Source: Candidatus Saccharimonadota bacterium (GTDB taxonomy: Bacteria; Patescibacteriota; Saccharimonadia; Saccharimonadales; AWTP1-31). Taken from it: DNA of 64,000 bases. Under the pieces are notes generated by a model. The model worked only from the letters and a program-made list of their open reading frames with translations. It was not told the origin of the DNA and did no database searches. The position numbers and the translations under genes were made by a program. Of this stretch, positions 1 to 10,844 are shown piece by piece (positions within the stretch are counted from its first letter, which is position 1; every line of letters starts with the position of its first letter). The stretch covers positions 38,061 through 102,060 of the forward strand of contig RXKC01000001.1 of assembly GCA_003962975.1 (NCBI GenBank), given 5' to 3'.

Positions 1-1086
1 CAAAAACAGGTTAAAAAAACGCTGAGCAAGCGATACCGACGTCGTCTTGTTCGCTACGGAATTCTTCTTGCGAACCTCGTTATGTTGGTAGGTGTGGCTG
101 CTTTTATCCTCAAGACCCCTAGTAGTGGCCCTTCATCTGCAAATAACATTGCTAATGCTGGCAGTGAATCAGTGACAGCAACTGGTGCACTTGATCAGCT
201 TTCATCTGCTGACATTGCTGTTCAGGTAGCTATTATGACCAAGCTATATCAGGCGCCATCAGTCGCAAACCATGCCGATACCATGAACGCACAGTTGGCA
301 GTTACTCCTGCCGATGACACTGTTATTGCTAAGCCACAGGTAGTAGCGACAGCGTTGAAGTCATATAAAGATATTCAGACGTACGTCACCGTTGAAGGTG
401 ACAATATTCCAAACGTAGCAGCTAAGTTTGGTATAACCTCTGAAACCGTACGGTGGTCAAATGGCCTGCAGGGTGACAACTTGTCACCTGGAATGAGTCT
501 GGTTATTTCACCGGTGAACGGTATTGTATACACAGTTAAAGACGGCGATACTATCGACACAATTGCTTCTAAGTATCGCGCCAACAAAGATCAGATTATT
601 GCCGATAACGACGCTGAGGCCGGCGGTTTACGTGTTGGTCAGCGTATTCTGATTCGTGACGGTAGTGAGGCGCCAGTGGTTATTCCTCGAGTTGCTACTG
701 CTGCTACATACGGTGCTGGCTTCGCCTGGGGCGGCGGCAATGCTGTCTATCAAGGCGGCGCCAATGGCTACGACTACGGCTACTGTACATGGTGGGCTGC
801 TAACCGACGTGCCCAAATCGGTCGTCCTGTTCCAAGTAACCTAGGAAATGCAAGTACATGGCTAACGCTCGCTCAACGAGCCGGTTTTGCTACTGGTAGT
901 GTGCCACAGGCAGGTGCTGTTATTTGGACTCGTCCGTATGACTGGTATGGCCACGTTGGGTTTGTAGAATCAGTCAACGACGACGGCAGTGCCAATATCT
1001 CTGAAATGAACGTAGCCGGTTGGGGTGTAGTTAGTCGCAAGACTCTGTCTGCAGCCGAAGCTGCTAACTATCTCTACATCTACTAG
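1..1086 (+). CDS. LysM-repeat / CHAP-domain peptidoglycan hydrolase (5' end probably cut by window edge)
   Basis: ORF 82-1086, and the same frame stays open back to nt 1 (QKQVKKTLSKRYRRRL then TM-like LVGVAAFIL). LysM-like repeats (YTVKDGDTIDTIASKY...RVGQRILI). C-terminal CHAP signature (CTWWAANRR...GHVGFVESV). Confidence 0.8.
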   Translation, partial: QKQVKKTLSKRYRRRLVRYGILLANLVMLVGVAAFILKTPSSGPSSANNIANAGSESVTATGALDQLSSADIAVQVAIMTKLYQAPSVANHADTMNAQLAVTPADDTVIAKPQVVATALKSYKDIQTYVTVEGDNIPNVAAKFGITSETVRWSNGLQGDNLSPGMSLVISPVNGIVYTVKDGDTIDTIASKYRANKDQIIADNDAEAGGLRVGQRILIRDGSEAPVVIPRVATAATYGAGFAWGGGNAVYQGGANGYDYGYCTWWAANRRAQIGRPVPSNLGNASTWLTLAQRAGFATGSVPQAGAVIWTRPYDWYGHVGFVESVNDDGSANISEMNVAGWGVVSRKTLSAAEAANYLYIY

Positions 1087-1155
1087 AAACGACGAGTGGT
1101 TCTGGTTCCTGAGAAATACAAAACAACAATTCTAACATAATTTTTACGATTGTAA

Positions 1156-2463
<1,308 letters not shown>

Positions 2464-2527
2464 TCATAATCATATCGGCACATGCCGGTCGTGTCTAGGT
2501 ATTGGAGGGGTGATACACTAGATTGGT

Positions 2528-3982
2528 ATGGCTGACAGTCTTTATTTTTACGACCTAGAAACCTCGGGTATAAACCCACGAGAATCACGTGTGATGCAAT
2601 TCGCCGGTCAGCGCACCGATCTAGATCTAAACCCAATTGGTGAACCGCACAATATTCTCATTACTTTGTCGGAAGACGTCTTACCGGACCCTGACGCAAT
2701 CTTGATAACAGGAATTACTCCACAGCAAACACAAGCTGAAGGGACGACAGAGTATGACTTTTTACAAACGTTTGCGCGCGAGATTGCAACGCCAGGAACG
2801 ATTTTTGTTGGCTATAATACCGTCCGTTTTGATGATGAATTTATGCGCTGTCTGCATTGGCGAAACTTTCATGACCCATACCAATGGCAGTGGAAGGACG
2901 ATCGGTCGCGCTGGGATTTACTCGATGTTGTTCGCATGACTCGCGCCCTACGACCAGAAGGAATCAAGTGGCCAGTTGACAGTGAAGGCAGGCCGACCAA
3001 CAGGCTCGAACTACTATCTGCCGCCAACAAACTCGAACATAGTCACGCTCATGATGCACTCAGTGATGTTCGTGCCACCATAGCCTTGGCACAGCTGCTG
3101 CGAGGCAAGCAGTCCAAGCTCTTTGACTACTTATTGAAAGTACGCGACAAGCAATCGGTTCGCAGTATTGCCACTGCAGGAAAACCTTTTGTGTACTCGT
3201 CAGGCAAGTACTCGTCACAGTTTGAAAAAACCACTGTTGTTGAGTTCATGAGTGAAAACTCAAGAAAAGACGGGGCACTGGTCTATGACCTACGTTGGGA
3301 TCCGACGCCATTTGCTACTATGTCTGCCGATGAATTGGTAAATGCTTGGGCCTGGCAAAAACCAGAAGACCGTAAACCAGACGAGCCACGTTTGCCGATA
3401 AAAACGCTCAAGTATAATCGCTGTCCGGCAGTTGCTCCTTTAGCAGTACTAGACCAGGAAAGTCAGCAAAGACTAAAAATAGATATGGCAGTAATTGAAG
3501 CGAACCGAAAAAAGTTGGCAGCAATTACTGATTGGCCCGACAAAGTGTTATTAGCGCTTGATATTATGGATGGCCAAAGGCAGCAACACTTTGACGGACT
3601 TGAAAAACACGTCGATGGGCAAATATATGACGGCTTCTTAGATGAAGGTGACAACAAACTGATAGAGAAATTACGAAACGCGCAACCGGATGAGCTGGCT
3701 GACTTTGTGTCGCGGTTGCACGACAAACGGCTTAAAGAACTTTTGCCACTTTATAAAGCCAGAAACTTCCCCCGCAAGTTGAACGATCAAGAAAAGGAAG
3801 AGTGGGAGCAGTACAAATCGAAGCGTTTGTTTGATGGTGGCGCGAACAGCCGTTTGCAGAAATACTTCGCCAGAATACAAGAGATTGCTGCTCGACCCAG
3901 TCTGACACAGGCGCAACGATATATCCTCGAAGACTTAACTTTGTACGGTCAGAGTCTTATGCCAGCTGATTGGGAGAACTAA
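2528..3982 (+). CDS. sbcB: exodeoxyribonuclease I
   Basis: DEDDh exonuclease motifs (FYDLETSGINP, GYNTVRFDDEF, HDALSDV). 484 aa, ExoI-like length and C-terminal region. Confidence 0.9.
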   Translation: MADSLYFYDLETSGINPRESRVMQFAGQRTDLDLNPIGEPHNILITLSEDVLPDPDAILITGITPQQTQAEGTTEYDFLQTFAREIATPGTIFVGYNTVRFDDEFMRCLHWRNFHDPYQWQWKDDRSRWDLLDVVRMTRALRPEGIKWPVDSEGRPTNRLELLSAANKLEHSHAHDALSDVRATIALAQLLRGKQSKLFDYLLKVRDKQSVRSIATAGKPFVYSSGKYSSQFEKTTVVEFMSENSRKDGALVYDLRWDPTPFATMSADELVNAWAWQKPEDRKPDEPRLPIKTLKYNRCPAVAPLAVLDQESQQRLKIDMAVIEANRKKLAAITDWPDKVLLALDIMDGQRQQHFDGLEKHVDGQIYDGFLDEGDNKLIEKLRNAQPDELADFVSRLHDKRLKELLPLYKARNFPRKLNDQEKEEWEQYKSKRLFDGGANSRLQKYFARIQEIAARPSLTQAQRYILEDLTLYGQSLMPADWEN

Positions 3983-4145
3983 CTTTAGCTGTCGCTTTGT
4001 TTGTTCGACGAACAGTGCGAATTTTGCCACCTTCAAGATAGGCAAATGCAAAGCCAGCAGCTATAAGCCCTAGTAGCAGTAGCCAGCTAAGGGTGAGTAC
4101 GAAGTTTGTACCCGGTACGATTCCCAGAACTATGAATTCAAGCAT
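3957..4145 (-). CDS. small membrane protein, hypothetical
   Basis: ORF track 3957-4187. I prefer internal start MLEFIVLGIVPGT... at 4145 because a TTGACT-16-TATAAT promoter (4204-4177) sits inside the longer ORF. One clear TM helix. Overlaps the sbcB 3' end by 26 nt. Confidence 0.4.
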   Translation of the reverse strand: MLEFIVLGIVPGTNFVLTLSWLLLLGLIAAGFAFAYLEGGKIRTVRRTNKATAKVSSPNQLA

Positions 4146-4176
4146 CCCACGTCCATCCACATTAGATTTAGACGGA

Positions 4177-4204
4177 ATTATAAACAATATTGCACATAAG
4201 TCAA
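4177..4204 (-). promoter_or_regulatory. sigma70-type promoter TTGACT-16-TATAAT with two CAATATTG palindromes
   Basis: Minus strand: -35 TTGACT (4204-4199), 16-nt spacer, -10 TATAAT (4182-4177). The decamer AACAATATTG occurs twice on the plus strand (4183-4192 and 4203-4212), 20 nt apart. Confidence 0.45.
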
Positions 4205-4234
4205 CAATATTGTATTGTTCTTATGCTTAACGAC

Positions 4235-5071
4235 TTATTCGGCCTGATACGAGCCCAGAACTTGCAGCTTCCAACCCTCGCTCTGTAAGGCTGTCAGGAC
4301 GCGCGTGCCTGCTTCACTCTCTGCAGATTCATCAAAGTCGATGAAGAAGGAATAAGACCTAACCGCACCGGGTTTGGGGTGACTGTCAAGTTTAGACAAG
4401 TTAATATTTTCCTGCGTGAATAACCCCAGAGCTTTATACAGTAAGCCCGGTTGATCAGACTCGTTCTCTCGCAGAATTATGCTGGTTCGGTTGGCGGCCG
4501 GGTTAAGAATTGGGTGTTTGGTGATAACAAAAAAGCGCGTGTAATTTTGAGGGTCATCGTTAATATCGGTACGAATGACGGTGCCGCCATGTAATTCTGC
4601 TGCATGTTGACTGGCAATGGCAAAAGTACGTGGGTCAGGTGTCGCCACTATACTGCGAACAGCTGCGGCTGTGTCGTCTGCCTCAGATAACTTAGCTAAA
4701 GGAATATTGCCACGCAGCCACTGCTCACATTGTCCAAAGGCCGCAAAGTGCGAGTAGACGATTGTTTCAGGACTATTAAGAGTAGCGACATCTGCGGGCT
4801 GGCTCCCGATAAGGCATAAGTTGATACGCAGGCGAATCTCGCCCTCAACCCACAAGGATTCTTTGGCAAGCAGCCGATAGACAGGATTGATCGAACCATG
4901 GAGCGAGTTTTCGACGGCTACTATGCCTCGATCTGCCTGACCGTCCTGGACTGCCTTAAAAACATCTTGAAAGCTTAGACACTCAAGTATCTCTATGTCT
5001 TGTTTTGCATAATACTGAGCTGCTGCCTGCTCGTGGAATGAGCCACTAATTCCTTGGATCGCTACTTTCAT
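4235..5071 (-). CDS. pheA: prephenate dehydratase
   Basis: PDT domain (MKVAIQGISGSFHEQAA...) followed by a C-terminal ACT domain (TSIILRENESDQPGLLYKALGLF...SRP-like region). 278 aa, typical monofunctional length. Confidence 0.88.
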   Translation of the reverse strand: MKVAIQGISGSFHEQAAAQYYAKQDIEILECLSFQDVFKAVQDGQADRGIVAVENSLHGSINPVYRLLAKESLWVEGEIRLRINLCLIGSQPADVATLNSPETIVYSHFAAFGQCEQWLRGNIPLAKLSEADDTAAAVRSIVATPDPRTFAIASQHAAELHGGTVIRTDINDDPQNYTRFFVITKHPILNPAANRTSIILRENESDQPGLLYKALGLFTQENINLSKLDSHPKPGAVRSYSFFIDFDESAESEAGTRVLTALQSEGWKLQVLGSYQAE

Positions 5072-5146
5072 AACCTGCCTATGTTATCACAAATAACAAC
5101 AGATAAACGTTTGTTTGTTACGGCTTACGCTTTACTATATGACTAT

Positions 5147-5830
5147 ATGGGGGAAATTGTGCCACCAGAACCGGCAGAAGTTCTACAGCCAACCGGAATA
5201 TATGCGGCCGTTTATGTTGAGCCGATTGGTAGACACTCAAAATTCTTTAACCAGTTCAATAGCCGAACCTTACGCGAAAACCTGGCGGCTGGCAATATGC
5301 ATGTCAGTGTGCAATATCCTCGAGAAGTTATTGACCAGGGTGTCCAGGCCACAGATTATGAGCAAGTAGCCGACGCTGCAGCCCTGGCACAAAGTCGATT
5401 GGGTAAAATGGGACTATTTGGTGTGGAGTTTTATGTTGACACAGAGCGCGGCATACAGGGAAAGAAGAAATGGTGGACAGTAGAGGTAGACGAAGAATAC
5501 GACACCCTATTCAACCAGTGTCGACAGGCTGCCGCTCTGGCAGTCGAAGAAACACTTGAAGGCATTACGATTGCACACAGTAATCCTGACGGCTACCACG
5601 TAAGCCTCGTGCATAGAGGCAAGTCAAGTCATTCACGGATGAAAGCTAAAATTGCGCCGCCTCAGCGATGGCGAGTGACTGGGGTGGGTGTTATACAGTC
5701 TACGGTTTCGACTCGGGAAGCAGCCGAGCATTTGGCCGCTCATGGGTCGGCTGCAGCACCTGGCAACGACGGTCAATCTTATGCTAATCGGCCACGCAGG
5801 CTGCAAACAAATCATTCGGCACGTAAATAG
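5147..5830 (+). CDS. hypothetical protein, possible 2H phosphoesterase (LigT-like) fold
   Basis: ORF track 5054-5830. That start overlaps the divergent pheA start, so alternative starts are 5081 or 5147 (TACTAT 5133-5138, 8 nt before ATG 5147). Two H-x-S-x motifs about 99 aa apart (MHVSVQY, YHVSLVH). Low-complexity basic tail. Confidence 0.3.
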   Translation: MGEIVPPEPAEVLQPTGIYAAVYVEPIGRHSKFFNQFNSRTLRENLAAGNMHVSVQYPREVIDQGVQATDYEQVADAAALAQSRLGKMGLFGVEFYVDTERGIQGKKKWWTVEVDEEYDTLFNQCRQAAALAVEETLEGITIAHSNPDGYHVSLVHRGKSSHSRMKAKIAPPQRWRVTGVGVIQSTVSTREAAEHLAAHGSAAAPGNDGQSYANRPRRLQTNHSARK

Positions 5831-5884
5831 ACCGGCGCTAAGCTCTAGAAAGTTTTAGATTAGTGGCGTATACTAATTGGTCAC

Positions 5885-8695
5885 ATGACTGAGTTTATTG
5901 ACGTACGCGGTGCTAGGGAGCACAACTTAAAAAACGTGGATGTTAAGATTCCGCGTGGCAAGCTAGTCGTTATTACCGGACTTAGTGGCTCCGGAAAATC
6001 GAGCCTAGCTTTTGATACTATCTATGCTGAAGGTCAGCGTCGTTACGTAGAAAGTCTCAGTAGCTATGCACGACAGTTTTTGGGCCTTATGGAAAAGCCC
6101 GATGTTGACCAAATTGACGGCCTCAGTCCAGCTATTTCTATTGATCAAAAATCAACCAGTCGTAACCCGCGCAGTACAGTTGCTACCGTCACAGAAATCT
6201 ATGATTATCTTCGCTTACTGTTTGCACGCATTGGTGTGCCGCATTGTCCGGTTTGCAACAAGCCAGTCGAGCGCCAGACGGTTCAGGCCATTGTTGACCA
6301 AGTTGCTGGTCAGGCGGTTGATGCTCGGTTGTTTATATTGGCCCCGGTAGTTATTGATAAAAAGGGAGCCTTTGAGCATGTGTCTGAGCAATATCAACGA
6401 GCTGGCTTTGCGCGTGTGCGTGTAGACGGTGTTGTCTATGCACTCGACGAATTTCCTGAGCTCGATAAGAAGTATAAGCACACTATAGAAGTTATCGCTG
6501 ACCGACTGGTAAACAACCAAGACAGCCGCGGTCGACTTGCCCAATCGGTTGAGCAGGCCTTAGATATCGCCGACGGTAAGCTAAAAGTTATTGATGCAGA
6601 TAGTAACGAAGAGTTTAGTTACAGTTTGCAATATGCTTGTATTGATCACCCAGAAGTAACTATTCCAGAGCTCGAACCACGAACATTCAGCTTTAATAGT
6701 CCACATGGTGCGTGCCCGGTATGTACCGGTCTTGGCTCACGACTCGAAGTCGATCCAGAGCTTGTTATCCCAAACGGCCGGCTGACTATTGCCGAAGGCG
6801 CCATCCGACCGTTTAACCGTATCAACACAGACGCCTGGTATATGAAGAAGGTCCAGGCTTTGGCAGATCGGCATTCCTTTAGTTTGCACGTACCAACAAG
6901 TGAGTTGACTGAACAGCAAATGTACATGCTAATGTACGGTACTGGTAATGAAAAGTATCGCATTTCACTTGGTTCTGGACGTATGTTCGACACGACCTAT
7001 GAAGGTGTTGTTAATAACCTAGAGCGCCGACACAAAGAAACCGACAGTGACTTTATCCGTCGCGACATTGAGCGCTTTATGCAAGAGCGCCCTTGTCATG
7101 CCTGCAGAGGTAAGCGCTTAAAGCCCGAAGTCCTGGCAGTCACTGTGGGCGGCAAATCTATTATGGATATTTGTGAGCTGTCTATTGATGAAGCCATTGA
7201 CTACTTTAATGGAGTAAAAATGAGCGACAAAGAGCAACACATTGCCGCTATGATTTTGAAGGAAGTCTGCTCACGCCTGCAGTTCCTGCGTGATGTAGGA
7301 CTTAGCTATCTTAACTTATTGCGAAGCGCAGTTACTCTCAGTGGCGGTGAAGCACAACGCATTCGTTTAGCTACCCAGATTGGCTCTGGCCTACAGGGTG
7401 TGCTGTACGTCCTAGACGAACCATCAATTGGTCTACACCAGCGTGATAACGGACGACTTATTACAACGCTCAAACACCTCAGAGATATCGGTAACAGTGT
7501 CTTGGTTGTTGAGCATGACGAGGACACAATCCGAACCGCCGATTACTTACTGGACATTGGTCCTGGAGCTGGTGTGCATGGTGGCCATATTGTTGCCGCT
7601 GGTTCACCCGATGAGGTTGCCAAGAATCCAAAAAGTATCACGGGACAATATTTGCGGGGCACTAAGGAAATTGCTGCACCCAAAAAGTATCGCCCTGGGA
7701 ATGGTAAGGAATTAGTTATTGTCGGCGCTCGCGAGAACAACTTGCAAAACGTTACTGCCAGTATCCCACTCGGAAAGCTTGTGGTGGTAAGCGGTGTATC
7801 GGGTAGTGGTAAATCGAGTCTTATTAACGATATTCTTGCTCGCGAACTCTCTGCACGACTGATGCGTGCCAATACAGTTCCTGGCAAGCACGACGAAATA
7901 CAAGGCCTCGAGCATCTAGATAAGGTGATCATTATCGACCAATCGCCAATTGGCCGTACGCCACGCAGTAACCCTGCGACCTATACGGGCTTATTTACGC
8001 CAATACGTGAGCTATTTGCTGGTGTTCCGGAAGCCAAGCTGCGCGGCTATAGCGCCGGACGCTTCAGTTTTAATGTCAAAGGTGGTCGCTGTGAAAACTG
8101 TGCCGGTGACGGCATTATCAAAATCGAGATGCACTTTTTGCCTGACGTATATGTGCCGTGCGAAGTTTGTAAGGGCAAGCGGTACAACCGTGAAGCACTC
8201 GAGATTCACTTTAAGGGTAAAACAATTAGCGATGTGCTCGATATGACCTGCGAACAAGCGCTCGAATTCTTTGGCAACATTCCTTCTATTGCTCGTAAAC
8301 TTCAAACTCTTGTAGATGTTGGCCTTGGTTACATTGGCCTTGGCCAGCCAGCTACAACTCTCAGTGGCGGTGAGGCACAACGTATTAAGTTGGCGAGTGA
8401 ATTGTCACGTCGTCCAACTGGCCGTACGCTGTACATTCTTGATGAGCCAACCACCGGTTTGCACATTGCTGACGTAGACAAGCTGCTAAAAGTGCTACAT
8501 GCTCTGGTTGATACCGGCAACAGTATGGTAGTTATCGAACACAACCTAGACGTTATAAAATCTGCTGATCACCTAATTGACATGGGTCCAGAAGGCGGCT
8601 CTGGTGGCGGGCAAGTAGTTGCCACGGGGACTCCTCGTGAAATTGCCAAAGCCAAAGAATCATACACTGGCCAGTTCCTCAAAAAAATGTTATAG
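5885..8695 (+). CDS. uvrA: excinuclease ABC subunit A
   Basis: 936 aa. Two ABC ATPase modules ([18 protein letters not shown]; LSGGEAQR twice) and zinc-finger CxxC pairs. Typical UvrA N-terminus [13 protein letters not shown]. Confidence 0.97.
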   Translation: MTEFIDVRGAREHNLKNVDVKIPRGKLVVITGLSGSGKSSLAFDTIYAEGQRRYVESLSSYARQFLGLMEKPDVDQIDGLSPAISIDQKSTSRNPRSTVATVTEIYDYLRLLFARIGVPHCPVCNKPVERQTVQAIVDQVAGQAVDARLFILAPVVIDKKGAFEHVSEQYQRAGFARVRVDGVVYALDEFPELDKKYKHTIEVIADRLVNNQDSRGRLAQSVEQALDIADGKLKVIDADSNEEFSYSLQYACIDHPEVTIPELEPRTFSFNSPHGACPVCTGLGSRLEVDPELVIPNGRLTIAEGAIRPFNRINTDAWYMKKVQALADRHSFSLHVPTSELTEQQMYMLMYGTGNEKYRISLGSGRMFDTTYEGVVNNLERRHKETDSDFIRRDIERFMQERPCHACRGKRLKPEVLAVTVGGKSIMDICELSIDEAIDYFNGVKMSDKEQHIAAMILKEVCSRLQFLRDVGLSYLNLLRSAVTLSGGEAQRIRLATQIGSGLQGVLYVLDEPSIGLHQRDNGRLITTLKHLRDIGNSVLVVEHDEDTIRTADYLLDIGPGAGVHGGHIVAAGSPDEVAKNPKSITGQYLRGTKEIAAPKKYRPGNGKELVIVGARENNLQNVTASIPLGKLVVVSGVSGSGKSSLINDILARELSARLMRANTVPGKHDEIQGLEHLDKVIIIDQSPIGRTPRSNPATYTGLFTPIRELFAGVPEAKLRGYSAGRFSFNVKGGRCENCAGDGIIKIEMHFLPDVYVPCEVCKGKRYNREALEIHFKGKTISDVLDMTCEQALEFFGNIPSIARKLQTLVDVGLGYIGLGQPATTLSGGEAQRIKLASELSRRPTGRTLYILDEPTTGLHIADVDKLLKVLHALVDTGNSMVVIEHNLDVIKSADHLIDMGPEGGSGGGQVVATGTPREIAKAKESYTGQFLKKML

Positions 8696-8733
8696 AACGG
8701 CACTCTTTCTAATTGAGTAATAATCGGCTTAGA

Positions 8734-9408
8734 CTAGTCGACGCGTTTGTTGAGGAAGACTTTGCTGAGGTTTGACTTGATGCCGTCGATGACCATGGCA
8801 CGGGTTTTCTTATCTTTTAATAGATGTGCGAATGCCAGTAGAATACTCAAGACCACGACGCCAAGAATGGCGATCTCGATGTACTTGTCGAGATGAGGAA
8901 TTTTGCTACCAATGTAGTATCCGAGCAGGGGCATACCAGCACCCCAAAGGATGCCTCCAAAAACATTAAAGAACAAGAAGCGTTCGCGGGGCATCTTGCT
9001 AGCGCCAGCCACAACAGGAGCAAAGGTACGGACAATGGGCGTAAAGCGCGCCAGAATGATTGTCTTGCCACCGTGTTTCTCGTAAAACTCTTCTGACTTT
9101 TGGATGTACTCTTGCCGGAATAAAATGCCGTCTTTCTTTTTAAAGATACGTGGTCCAGCGCGGCGGCCAATACTATAACCAACGTTGTCACCGATAATGG
9201 CTGACAGAACCACAAAGAAGATAAGCCATAGTAGCGAGAACTTGCCTTGTGAGGCGGCTAGGCCGGCTCCAAACAGCAAAGTATCGCCGGGTAAAAAGAA
9301 GCCAATCAGCAAGCCGGACTCGGCAAAAATAATTAATGAAATAAGCAGAATACCGCCGGCTGAAATAATGCTTTCGATATCAAACATCCTCACCATAGTA
9401 CTGAACAT
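8734..9408 (-). CDS. DedA/SNARE-associated family membrane protein
   Basis: Multi-TM protein with DedA hallmarks (FAESGLLIGFFLPGDTLLF, GRFTPIVRTFAPVVAG). Confidence 0.85.
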   Translation of the reverse strand: MFSTMVRMFDIESIISAGGILLISLIIFAESGLLIGFFLPGDTLLFGAGLAASQGKFSLLWLIFFVVLSAIIGDNVGYSIGRRAGPRIFKKKDGILFRQEYIQKSEEFYEKHGGKTIILARFTPIVRTFAPVVAGASKMPRERFLFFNVFGGILWGAGMPLLGYYIGSKIPHLDKYIEIAILGVVVLSILLAFAHLLKDKKTRAMVIDGIKSNLSKVFLNKRVD

Positions 9409-9523
9409 ACGGCTACACGTCCAGGCGGTTTGATCTTTATCTAACTGTTATAAACTACAACAAACCCCTTACGATCTCTGGTATACTAGAAGGACAAAAT
9501 TGTTGATACGGAGGGTAACGACT

Positions 9524-10213
9524 GTGAGCGATCAAGCTATTTCATTAACACTCGAAAAACGAGAAGTTGTTGGTAAGGGTCTGGCCAAATTGCGCCGCGA
9601 CGGTAGTATTCCTGCAGTCATTCATGACCACGGCAAAGAATCACAGCACGTCATGGCAGGTTTCAGTGAACTTTCCAAGGTATACCAAGCCGCAGGTAAG
9701 CACCATCCAGTAAACCTCACCGTTGGTTCAAAAAAATACATGGCACTTATCAAAGATGCTGACTTCGAACCACGCAAGCACACCTTGCGTCACGTTGTCT
9801 TTAACGCTATTAAGGCAGACGAGAAGCAACAAACTGAAGTGCCTATCCATTTTCTTGAGGACGCCGAGATCCCAGCTGAAAAAGCCGGACTTATGGTCAT
9901 TCGCAGTCTTGATGTTGTCGAGATTGAGGCGCTACCTAAGGACCTTATTGACTCTATCGTTATTGACCCAAGTGGCCTTACCGAAATTGGCGACAAGCTG
10001 ACGGTCGCTGATCTAAAAGTGCCAAGTACCGTTACTATTGTTACCGAGCCAGAGCACACTATTGCAGTGGTTGAAGAAACCAAAGCACAGATGAGTGAAG
10101 AAGCCGAAGAAGAGGCTGCAGCTGAAGGAGCAGAGGGTGGAGCTCCAGCTGAAGATTCAGGCGAAAAGAGCAGTGACGACAAGGCCGCTGCTGACGCCGA
10201 AAAAGACAGCTAG
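9524..10213 (+). CDS. rplY: 50S ribosomal protein L25/general stress protein Ctc
   Basis: L25/Ctc domain (LEKREVVGKGLAKLRRDGSIPAVIH). ORF track starts at TTG 9500, but GGAGGG (9510-9515) precedes in-frame GTG 9524. TATACT at 9482-9487. Long acidic Ala/Glu tail. Confidence 0.88.
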   Translation: MSDQAISLTLEKREVVGKGLAKLRRDGSIPAVIHDHGKESQHVMAGFSELSKVYQAAGKHHPVNLTVGSKKYMALIKDADFEPRKHTLRHVVFNAIKADEKQQTEVPIHFLEDAEIPAEKAGLMVIRSLDVVEIEALPKDLIDSIVIDPSGLTEIGDKLTVADLKVPSTVTIVTEPEHTIAVVEETKAQMSEEAEEEAAAEGAEGGAPAEDSGEKSSDDKAAADAEKDS

Positions 10214-10262
10214 TTTTTTGTTCTCACACAATAAACCTACATAAGGAACGCTTCCTCACCCA

Positions 10263-10832
10263 ATGGCGACACCCCTTCACCCAGTACAGCAACCGTTTTC
10301 AGAAACTGTTCAGGGCGGGCTGGCGCATGTGCCTCATGAGCTTTTAGCGGGTTATCATGCCGTCGTAGATCTGGATGCTACTTCACGCTTTCATTTTGAT
10401 AATCACCTTCATCCAGCGGTGCAAGGCAAGCTTGTCCAGCTACTGGATGACGAGACGATTCAAAGTTTGTCGTTGGCAACACTTAACCCCAGGGCTATGA
10501 GTGTGGCAGGTATCGAGCAAGTGTTCGAGCATGTCTATGCTAGTCGATATGAGCGGACAAGGCGCGGCGTGCGTTTATTAACAAAACTACAGCCAGACTT
10601 TTATCGATGGATAGCTGAAGATTTGCAAACAGAGACAGACCAGCTGGTGGTTATTGATAACTCGCATGTGGCCGGATTGTGGGCAGCAGAACGGGCCGGC
10701 TGTAACACAGTCCATGTCGAGCCACTCAGACGTACGCCAATCCCTCCGCGTTTCCGTATGGTTACCCGGGCGGACCGAAGCCTGCGCCTGCGCACGCGTG
10801 GTGTCGTTGATCCGTCTGAGCAAGCTGCCTAG
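10263..10832 (+). CDS. hypothetical protein, weak HAD-like hydrolase features
   Basis: Possible HAD motif I (VVDLDAT) and motif IV-like VVIDNSHVAGLWAAERAGC. The segment looks GC-richer and carries several antisense or overlapping ORFs. Confidence 0.3.
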   Translation: MATPLHPVQQPFSETVQGGLAHVPHELLAGYHAVVDLDATSRFHFDNHLHPAVQGKLVQLLDDETIQSLSLATLNPRAMSVAGIEQVFEHVYASRYERTRRGVRLLTKLQPDFYRWIAEDLQTETDQLVVIDNSHVAGLWAAERAGCNTVHVEPLRRTPIPPRFRMVTRADRSLRLRTRGVVDPSEQAA

Positions 10833-10844
10833 TAATCTCGTGCC

